Below, one piece after another: positions 9,636 through 16,402 of a stretch of DNA of 16,402 bases (its first letter is position 1; the number at the start of each line of letters is the position of its first letter). Position numbers and translations under genes: made by a program. The stretch is from a virus, in IMG/VR virus record IMGVR_UViG_3300021256_000064, positions 128,001 through 144,402 of that record; one strand, given 5' to 3'. The notes under the pieces are model-generated. The model was not told the origin of the DNA and ran no database searches. It saw only the letters and a list, made by a program, of their open reading frames with translations.

Positions 9636-10817
9636 TTACCTCACTAATACTAATTTTTCACTAGCTCTCGTACAAGCTGTATATAGCCATCGAGCATGTT
9701 CATTTTTATCAAATGGAAACTTTTCTTCAAGAACAACTACCTTATCCCATTCACTACCTTGGCTTTTATGGGTTGTAATAGCATAGGCATATGTAAATTC
9801 TTTAGGAACAATTTCCCCATATTTAGAACGTAATTTGCCTAATTTATAAGACAATCGCCAATCACAACATTTTTCTCCAGTAATAATCATTTGGCGATCC
9901 ATCTCTGTCATTTGATAAACATCATTAGTTTCTGGCACAACTAAATCACCAACTAAAACATCAAATTTTCTTATATCACTTTGTACAAACCTGGGAATTT
10001 CTCTCCAAGTGCGAAAACTATTTTGAAGAATACCAATAGTCCCATTAATTAAAGCATCTCCATTTAAGCTTGAATCATCCCAGTAATTGCGGAGACATAT
10101 AATCTTATCTCCATCAACAGGTTCTCCAGTTCTTCCCTGTAGTGCGCGCATTTGATTATTAATGGCTCGTCGCTTTGCATTTGTTGCAGTTAGAATTTGG
10201 TCTCCCCATTGTAATACTCCAGTATTCAAATCTGAGTAAGGAATAATTTTTACTTCATTACCATTAAAATAATCAATTGACTCTTGATTTCTGATTTTCA
10301 TAGTAAGCTGAATAATTTCAGAATCTTCTTCCTGTCTCATAATTTCATCAAGAAAAATATGAGGATTATCTAATAGATGATTATCTTCATCTTTATCAAT
10401 AGGCGGCAACTGGAAAGGGTCTCCTAAACAAATAACATATACTCTATGCTTAAATAATAACTCTATTAAAGATTTGGGAGCCATAGAAACTTCATCAACT
10501 ACAACTACATCATAATCAATAAGTGGTTTTGGCTTTCTAAAGAAACCACCCGCTGGCCGCGGTATATGTTCATATAGTAACCGATGAAGAGTTGCTACAT
10601 TTTTATTTCCTTTTTTCTTTAATACCTCTGCAGCCTTACCAGTAAAAGCACAATAACATACCCTATCTTCTTCAACATTAAGAGCGTCGATGATATAACG
10701 CACTAGGGTCGACTTTCCTGTTCCTGCATATCCCGCTATTGTGGTAAATTTATATCCAGCTCGATGTCGCGCCACAGCTGTTTTTAATCCTTCCTCTTGT
10801 TTTTTTGTTAATATCAT
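9636..10817 (-). CDS. Dda/RecD-like superfamily 1 ATP-dependent DNA helicase (393 aa)
   Basis: Walker A is GYAGTGKST and Walker B is VVVVDEVSM. C-terminal motifs ITTHKSQGSEWDKVVV and YTACTRA match the AAA_30/UvrD_C_2 (RecD/Dda) architecture. The start overlaps the upstream stop in TAATG. Stop is TAA. Confidence 0.8.
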   Translation of the reverse strand: MILTKKQEEGLKTAVARHRAGYKFTTIAGYAGTGKSTLVRYIIDALNVEEDRVCYCAFTGKAAEVLKKKGNKNVATLHRLLYEHIPRPAGGFFRKPKPLIDYDVVVVDEVSMAPKSLIELLFKHRVYVICLGDPFQLPPIDKDEDNHLLDNPHIFLDEIMRQEEDSEIIQLTMKIRNQESIDYFNGNEVKIIPYSDLNTGVLQWGDQILTATNAKRRAINNQMRALQGRTGEPVDGDKIICLRNYWDDSSLNGDALINGTIGILQNSFRTWREIPRFVQSDIRKFDVLVGDLVVPETNDVYQMTEMDRQMIITGEKCCDWRLSYKLGKLRSKYGEIVPKEFTYAYAITTHKSQGSEWDKVVVLEEKFPFDKNEHARWLYTACTRASEKLVLVR

Positions 10818-11068
10818 TATTCATGCTCTCCAATTACTTCATCTAAAATTTGAACAAAACGCATTATGTCTCTATTCGCTCTTTGCCGATACACAGTCCA
10901 TTCAGTATGATTAGAGACATTGCTCTGTCTATCTCTTAGATATTCATATTCTGCCATTTGTTCTCTGGCTCGAATATATCTATATATTAAAGAATCATAT
11001 TGATAGCCTTTTAATTTCTTTTCATCTATTGTATTAATTTTTAAACTTTCATCTGACATATCTAACAC
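10817..11068 (-). CDS. hypothetical protein (83 aa)
   Basis: Intact ORF. It is coupled to the helicase gene through a TAATG overlap. No family recognised. Confidence 0.5.
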   Translation of the reverse strand: MLDMSDESLKINTIDEKKLKGYQYDSLIYRYIRAREQMAEYEYLRDRQSNVSNHTEWTVYRQRANRDIMRFVQILDEVIGEHE

Positions 11069-11083
11069 CTCTATTATTTTTCT

Positions 11084-11539
11084 TTAATTTTCTTCTAATT
11101 TTTTTCCCATTCTTAATTTCATTAAACGACCTACAAATTCCGCTTGAGTTAGAACTGTTTTTGAAGGATCATTCTTTCCTATTGAGTGTGATAATATTGC
11201 TGGGCGGCTAGCCTCTAAAGCTTTTCTAAATCCTTCATTTTGATATAGTGCGTTATAGGCTTTATTTAAAAGAATTTGATATTCCTGACTATCACGTTTA
11301 TATTCTTTACCTTGCCAATATAAAGTTTGTGTTTTCCACCATTTTTTATCTTTTCCTTTATACTTTGCTTTTTTCCCAACTAAAGAACATACATATTTTT
11401 GCATATCAGTATTTTTAAACTTTAAAGATTGCAAAAAGCCTTCCATTGAGTTACAAGGTATCTCATCTATAATAAAAGGATGCGGTGCAAAATTACTTAA
11501 TGAGGCTGCAGGATAACCTGAACCACTTCCAATATCCAT
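11084..11539 (-). CDS. NADAR (YbiA/DUF1768)-like domain protein (151 aa)
   Basis: SLSNFAPHPFIIDEIPCNSMEGFLQSLKF aligns with E. coli YbiA FSNFAAWPIKVDGKTWPTSEHYFQAQKF. The motif ILSHSIGKND aligns with YbiA LVEHTEND. AGGAG RBS and a strong upstream promoter are present. Stop is TAA. Confidence 0.55.
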   Translation of the reverse strand: MDIGSGSGYPAASLSNFAPHPFIIDEIPCNSMEGFLQSLKFKNTDMQKYVCSLVGKKAKYKGKDKKWWKTQTLYWQGKEYKRDSQEYQILLNKAYNALYQNEGFRKALEASRPAILSHSIGKNDPSKTVLTQAEFVGRLMKLRMGKKLEEN

Positions 11540-11569
11540 ATTTATTCTCCTAACATTTTATTTATATAT

Positions 11570-11598
11570 ATTATATCAAATTTTTATAAAAAAATCAA
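11570..11598 (-). promoter_or_regulatory. sigma70-like promoter for the NADAR gene (TTGATT-N17-TATAAT with TGn extended -10)
   Basis: On the minus strand, -35 TTGATT is the complement of + 11593..11598. Then a 17-nt spacer. -10 TATAAT is the complement of + 11570..11575, and a TG lies one nt upstream of it. Confidence 0.45.
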
Positions 11599-11604
11599 AA
11601 AGAA

Positions 11605-11637
11605 AAAATGCGATTGAAAAAATTCCAAACGCATTTT
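11605..11637 (-). terminator. possible weak rho-independent terminator downstream of recJ-like gene
   Basis: Stem AAAATGCG (11605..11612) pairs with CGCATTTT (11630..11637). The loop is 17 nt and may pair internally. On the minus strand a T-run follows. The large loop makes this weak. Confidence 0.3.
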
Positions 11638-11673
11638 TCGTTTCCTGTGGACGACTGCCTGCGCGCCGAGCCG

Positions 11674-13455
11674 TTAAAAGAAGTATTTAGCAGAATCTAC
11701 AATTTCAAAATCCTACATAATAAGCTGTGGGTAGACGCAACCATTCCACTAATTTTTATTACATTTACAAATAGCGTTTACCTCTAAATATCCTGTTGTT
11801 GTAAATTTGGTAATTTCTTCTTCAGTTCCATTAAATTTAATAATAGATAATCCGTTAGGTAAATTAAATTTTAAAGTATTACTTTTCATAACTTTAAAAT
11901 TAGAATCAGTAACTTTAAAATTAATATTTACATAAGCTCTGTCTATATCTTGACCCCAATAATCATTCATATCTGCAATATCTAAAATGCGCTGATTGTT
12001 GTTTTCTTTTTCATTAAAATTATAATCAATTCTATAAATAGGTTCAACAGAGACATCTTCAAGAAGCTAATCAATCTTATAAAGAAAATCACTTATATGA
12101 TCTGCTTCTATACCAAGTCCCGCCGCATTGTCATGTCCCTATACATATAAAACTCCTGGACATTGTTCAAGTACTTCTTTAAAACTATTAATTCCAGTTT
12201 TTGTATATCCACGCATAGAGCCTTCATAAGTTGCTTTATCATTTCTATTAGTTTTAGTTAATAAACAACAAGGTCTTTGATATTTTGCCATAAATTTATT
12301 TGCAATTAAACCACGAATTTCAGAATCAATTTTATTAGGTTCTAATAAGAATAAAAGAATTTTATGGTCAAGCATATGATTAGTTTCAATCATTTTTTCT
12401 AACATAGCTAATCCTGCATCTTCTGCTCTTGTTTGTCTATTTTTAACATTCGTAACTGTTCTAATTGCCTGTAGAATTAATTTTTCTTTCTAACCTAATT
12501 TATGTCCACGCTTGTTTGAAATAACTTCTGTAAAAGCCTTATGTTTTAACATAGAATTAAAAAGTAAATTTTTCTATTCTATTGTTCCACTTCGAGTTAC
12601 AGCATTAATAAAAGGTACAATAAAAAATGCGGCGCCCATAGATGTACATCTCATATTAGGATCCGATGAAACATAATCTGCTTTTGATAAAGGAAATGAG
12701 TTTTTATCAATCATGTAGTCGATAAAAGGATTTTTAATATTCTATTTTTTGAACCCTTTAGTAATTAAATATCTAGTTTCAAATGAACGTAAAGACATCA
12801 TATCCCCACAGTTCCCTAGTGCAACCAAATCTAAAAAACCATCTGCTAATTTTATATCTAATTGATTATCAATATAACGACAAAATTGCCAAACAACCCC
12901 AACACCAGATAATTCCTTATTAGGATAATCTGATAATTGATTATTAATAATAATAGCATTTTCACTAATATGATCTGCTAAGTGATGATCTAAAACTAAT
13001 ACTTGAATATTTTTGTCTGTTAATATCTTATGATAACTATAATCATTACTACTTGAATCTGGGCAAATCACAAGCATTGGATTACGAGCTAATACAAAAT
13101 CAATACAATCACTTAATCCATGTTGTTTACTATCGTGCATATACCAATCTAAATGATTAACGACCCAAGTGGGAAATATCTTATATAAATAATTAATAAG
13201 AAGAGCTGCAGATGTATAACCATCACAATCACAGTCTACAATTACTAAAGCATCAGCATTTTCTCTTACAGTATTAATAATAGCCATTAAACCATTTTTG
13301 AGATTTGTTTCTCCTAAAGACAACGGGGAATTAATATCCTAATCAGATAGATTTACATAATGTAAAATTTCATCTTCCGCAATTCCTCTATTGTATAATA
13401 TTTGCTGTATTGTTGAAAAATTCTAATTTGGTTTATTTATTAACTAATATCTCAT
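11674..13455 (-). CDS. recJ: RecJ-like single-stranded-DNA exonuclease (DHH + DHHA1), ~593 aa, with ten in-frame TAG codons
   Basis: Track ORFs 12742..13323, 12139..12405 and 11749..11970 are all in one frame. The gaps between them, translated by hand, contain only TAG stops. These are at 13444, 13423, 13339, 12742, 12574, 12490, 12139, 12067, 11749 and 11713. The joined protein shows the RecJ N-terminus ILYNRGI, DHH motif I VIVDCDCDGYTSAALL, DHH motif III VLVLDHHLADH, FINAVTR (E. coli RecJ LNAAGR), and the DHHA1 motif *GHDNAAGLG (E. coli FGGHAMAAGL). ATG 13455..13453 is preceded by AGAGGAG. The final stop is TAA 11674..11676. The last ~25 codons after TAG 11749 are less certain. Confidence 0.75.
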
Positions 13456-13487
13456 TTTAATCTCCTCTAATATAATATTCCATTAAA

Positions 13488-13496
13488 ATTATAACA
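13488..13496 (-). promoter_or_regulatory. extended -10 (TGnTATAAT) promoter element upstream of the recJ-like gene
   Basis: Minus-strand TGTTATAAT is the complement of + 13488..13496. It lies just 3' of the terminator hairpin and ~33 nt upstream of the recJ ATG. No clear -35. Confidence 0.35.
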
Positions 13497-13531
13497 AAAA
13501 AAAGAAGAATTGTCAAATCAATTCTTCCTTT
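13491..13531 (-). terminator. rho-independent terminator after the membrane-protein gene
   Basis: The 9-bp stem GAAGAATTG (13504..13512) pairs with CAATTCTTC (13519..13527), with a 6-nt loop. On the minus strand a run of at least 8 T follows (+ 13491..13503 is A-rich). Confidence 0.45.
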
Positions 13532-13538
13532 TTATAAT

Positions 13539-13922
13539 TTAATATAATAAAATTATCCAAGTTATAATAATTTGAATAAAATGAATTATCTGATCTTGAA
13601 TCAAATTAATTTTTAATTGATTAGCTTTTAAATCATCTACATACATATGAATTATTAAGTTTATTATAAATAGTGGAATAGACCATAAAAAGGTTTTTAT
13701 ATAATAAAAGCTATAAATAAAAATTGGCAACTGAATCATAAAAGACCAACTAAAGCTATGACAAAATAACGCCATTAAATAATCATTTTTATATAATTGA
13801 TTAGGTGCATTTTTATTCCACCAAGATTTTTGTTTACCTGAAGCTAACCAGCCTTGTAAATAATAATCATCAATAATATGACAAAAAATCATTGTTATTA
13901 AAATAAAAATTTTTATATTCAT
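13539..13922 (-). CDS. hypothetical integral membrane protein (127 aa)
   Basis: Strongly hydrophobic with multiple predicted TM segments. The start overlaps the primase stop. Stop is TAA. Confidence 0.5.
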   Translation of the reverse strand: MNIKIFILITMIFCHIIDDYYLQGWLASGKQKSWWNKNAPNQLYKNDYLMALFCHSFSWSFMIQLPIFIYSFYYIKTFLWSIPLFIINLIIHMYVDDLKANQLKINLIQDQIIHFIQIIITWIILLY

Positions 13923-15016
13923 TATTCTATTCTTATCCTTTCATTAAACAATTTTATAAAAATATCTTTACCACAATCAATAGGGGAATCTTTATAACCT
14001 AATAAATTATCTTTATCAAACATATAACTAATATTTACATAGCTTCCATATTTATTATATAATGTTTGTAATTTAATAACCCATTTTTCCCATTCTTTAT
14101 CTCTAGTTTTTTGAAACTGCTTATCAAAAGCGATTATAATTTCTTTTACTCCTAAAGACATCAATAATTTAACTTGATAATTAATTAAATTACTGCCGCA
14201 ACATGCTACACTAATATCTGAGTCTTTTCCAAAATATGACGCATATTTAAGACAACTTTTTTCACCTTCAAAAACAATTGCTTTTTGAAATATAGAAATA
14301 GTCTTTTTACTATTGTTCAAATTATATAAATTAAAACCAAGAGGATGATTATAAAGTTTTCCTTTTATATAGGCAGGACGATATTTTCCATATATCTCAT
14401 TTTCTTTTATAAGAGTTCTTTCTCGAATTCCAATTAATCTGTTATCTATGTCATAATGTGGAATAACAATTCCTTCGCTTATTGGATTATAACATATACC
14501 TCTTGATTCCATTATATCAGATGTTATATCTTCTTTTTCCCAAGGTAAGATACGGGGATGAGGTAAATATTTTAATATTTTATCATCATAAGTTTTTAAT
14601 TCTATAATTTGCGGTTGAGATTTTTCTTTATTTCTTTTAAAATTATTAATAATTTTCCAATCTTCATTAGCGTCTTGATTATCTTCAAAATCAAATATTT
14701 CAGCTGTACATCCAAAATATCTAGCCACAAAAGATATTGCCTTAGAAAGAGAAAAGCCTTCAATTCCTGCGGTTTTATTTACTCTTAAAACTAGATCATA
14801 TATATCAAATGACGCATCTCCACATCCTGTATAACAATGAAATAAATGAGTATTTTCATAATAATAAAGCTTATGGCTATCGCCGCCATGACAGATAGTG
14901 CGGGCGGTGAATAATCCATTACCCATAATTGGTTCACCGCCTAATTCGCTAACTAAATCAAATACTTCTTCTATTGATAAATTTTCTTTTAAAGTGTCTT
15001 TGTCATATTTGTACAT
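13922..15016 (-). CDS. dnaG: DnaG-type DNA primase (CHC2 zinc finger + Toprim), 364 aa
   Basis: Zinc-binding motif CHGGDSHKLYYYENTHLFHCYTGCG. Toprim motif VFEGEKSCLKY with a downstream acidic cluster. It follows the DnaB-like helicase. Stop is TAA. Confidence 0.85.
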   Translation of the reverse strand: MYKYDKDTLKENLSIEEVFDLVSELGGEPIMGNGLFTARTICHGGDSHKLYYYENTHLFHCYTGCGDASFDIYDLVLRVNKTAGIEGFSLSKAISFVARYFGCTAEIFDFEDNQDANEDWKIINNFKRNKEKSQPQIIELKTYDDKILKYLPHPRILPWEKEDITSDIMESRGICYNPISEGIVIPHYDIDNRLIGIRERTLIKENEIYGKYRPAYIKGKLYNHPLGFNLYNLNNSKKTISIFQKAIVFEGEKSCLKYASYFGKDSDISVACCGSNLINYQVKLLMSLGVKEIIIAFDKQFQKTRDKEWEKWVIKLQTLYNKYGSYVNISYMFDKDNLLGYKDSPIDCGKDIFIKLFNERIRIE

Positions 15017-15165
15017 TTTTTATCTCGATATTGTTTTCTAAATATTTTTAATCTTTTACAACTATTACATTTAGTATGATTATATTTACAATCCCAACAG
15101 TTATCATTATCCCACCAAAACCATCTTGGCGGTTGAGGTCTTGGTTTTCTAAATTTTTCTTTCAT
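14989..15165 (-). CDS. possible small Cys-rich (CxxC...CxxC zinc-ribbon) protein, 58 aa, not in the ORF track
   Basis: ATG 15165..15163 overlaps the dnaB-like stop in TAATG, the same coupling seen elsewhere in the window. It encodes MKEKFRKPRPQPPRWFWWDNDNCWDCKYNHTKCNSCKRLK... and ends at TAA 14989..14991. It overlaps the primase start by ~28 nt in another frame. Confidence 0.35.
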   Translation of the reverse strand: MKEKFRKPRPQPPRWFWWDNDNCWDCKYNHTKCNSCKRLKIFRKQYRDKKCTNMTKTL

Positions 15166-16388
15166 TAAAATGCGCTCGCTTCTATTTTTGGTGTTACTGT
15201 GATTTTTAAATCTTCTATATCTATTAATTCATAGTTATAATTAGTTACAAATAATGGATTAATACGACAAGTTCCTCGTTCTGATTTACACCAGAGTAAT
15301 ATATCTTTATATCTAGCGCGTCTATTTTTATAAACAGACATTTTTATATCAGGCATTTCGATACCCATTGAATTAACAATATTTTTTAAAGATTCTCTAT
15401 CATCTTGGCTCGTTTGTAACATAATCATACCACAATCTATTTTATCAGCAATAGCTTTAGCGCCACGAAGAAGATTTTGATCGTACTGCTGAGCTGTTAC
15501 ATAGTCAGAATTTAACTGCGTTGCAGACATTACAAATACGCCATATTGATTACATAAATCTTTAATTCTTACACTTATCATAAAAAGAATGTTATCTTCT
15601 CTTAATCCTTTAACTCCTGCTTTTGAACTAATTTCACTAAGAATTTTCATACTTGAATGAATATAATCCATAAATACATATCTTACTCCATGATTACGGA
15701 TATTACTTTTAATTGTATTTTCAATATCTTGTAATGAAAAGTCTGGTAATTTTTTAATATATAATGGGCTTTTTGCAAGAATCTCCGCGGCTTCACTTAC
15801 TCGCTCCCATTCATCTTCAACATACGTATTTTCAAGAATATGAGATTCGTTTACATTAGCCAAAAATGCCATCATCATAGTTTGGATCTCATCTTCTTCT
15901 TGTTCTGTTGTGATAAATACAGTTGGTTCACGAGTTCCATTATCTTCCCATTGTTTAGTCTCAAGGTTATAAAGTTTATTGCAAGCAATAAAACAAGCAT
16001 CTGCAATCATGGAACGAGTCTTTCCGACGCCAGTAGCGGCAGACCGCAAATAGAATTTTTTTAATCTAGCCCCGCGATGAATTGTATTAACTAATCTTCC
16101 ATATAAAGGATAACCAACTTCAGGATTTTTTCTTAGTCTTTCAAGTAAAGCTAATGCACCATCACCAGCTTGAATAATTTCATCTTCTGAGTTATCAACA
16201 TATTTAGATTTTATCTCTTCTATCTTATCATTAATAAGATTAGCAATTTCATTAATTGGAGTATTATCAAACCAAGTTTCTTGGGCTTCTTTCTTTTTTA
16301 CATCTAAAATATTATCCGGATCATATAACCAAGATAAATTCATTCCAACATTTTTATTATACATCCGTAAAAGGGTCATTTTCTTCAT
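15165..16388 (-). CDS. dnaB: DnaB-family replicative DNA helicase (RecA-like C-terminal domain), at least 407 aa
   Basis: Walker A is SAATGVGKTRS. Other DnaB-like motifs are DYIHSS and VMSATQLNSD. The frame upstream of ATG 16388 stays open to the window edge, so the N-terminus may lie outside the window. Stop is TAA. Confidence 0.8.
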   Translation of the reverse strand: MKKMTLLRMYNKNVGMNLSWLYDPDNILDVKKKEAQETWFDNTPINEIANLINDKIEEIKSKYVDNSEDEIIQAGDGALALLERLRKNPEVGYPLYGRLVNTIHRGARLKKFYLRSAATGVGKTRSMIADACFIACNKLYNLETKQWEDNGTREPTVFITTEQEEDEIQTMMMAFLANVNESHILENTYVEDEWERVSEAAEILAKSPLYIKKLPDFSLQDIENTIKSNIRNHGVRYVFMDYIHSSMKILSEISSKAGVKGLREDNILFMISVRIKDLCNQYGVFVMSATQLNSDYVTAQQYDQNLLRGAKAIADKIDCGMIMLQTSQDDRESLKNIVNSMGIEMPDIKMSVYKNRRARYKDILLWCKSERGTCRINPLFVTNYNYELIDIEDLKITVTPKIEASAF

Positions 16389-16402
16389 ACGATTATAATA
16401 AT

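Noticed and set aside
11600-11760. Possible suppressor tRNA in the GC-rich recJ 3' region
   Set aside because: I could not find an acceptor stem, a T-loop (GTTCRANYC) or a 7-nt anticodon loop with U33-CUA-R37 on either strand. The CTA occurrences nearby lack flanking complementary stems.
1484-13455. Interpretation of the TAG-interrupted genes as pseudogenes or sequencing errors
   Set aside because: All 18 interruptions are TAG, never TAA or TGA. No frameshifts occur. The frame stays open for long stretches in AT-rich DNA, where random stops are frequent. Conserved motifs resume in frame after each TAG. No gene uses TAG as its terminator. Decay or random error would not produce this pattern.
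1-16402. CRISPR array, rRNA, integrase/transposase
   Set aside because: I saw no regularly spaced direct repeats and no rRNA-like conserved blocks. No recombinase motifs appear in any ORF. The only mobile element is the GIY-YIG HEG.

Overview
This window is AT-rich (well under 35% GC by eye), phage-like and very gene-dense, with every gene on the minus strand. It looks like a DNA replication and nucleotide-metabolism module. Reading from high to low coordinates it holds a DnaB-like helicase, a small Zn-ribbon ORF, a DnaG-type primase, a membrane protein, a RecJ-like DHH/DHHA1 exonuclease, a NADAR-domain protein, a hypothetical, a Dda/RecD-like helicase, a free-standing GIY-YIG homing endonuclease, a 1319-aa DnaE-type Pol III alpha, a small dNTP pyrophosphohydrolase-like protein, a class III anaerobic RNR operon (nrdD, FNT-like channel, nrdG) and three small hypotheticals. 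The central observation is that several clearly conserved genes are broken in the ORF track only by in-frame TAG codons. Reading through them restores continuous, conserved protein sequence. There are 18 such codons: 4 in nrdD, 10 in recJ-like, and 1 each in the FNT channel, the pyrophosphohydrolase and two hypotheticals. Every gene's real terminator is TAA (once TGA). No frameshifts and no internal TAA/TGA occur. This is the signature of amber (TAG) stop-codon reassignment, comparable to code-15-type recoding in crAss-like and Lak phages. Here the recoded codons sit in nucleotide-metabolism and recombination genes, while the core replisome genes are TAG-free. No tRNA, CRISPR or rRNA was found in the window.
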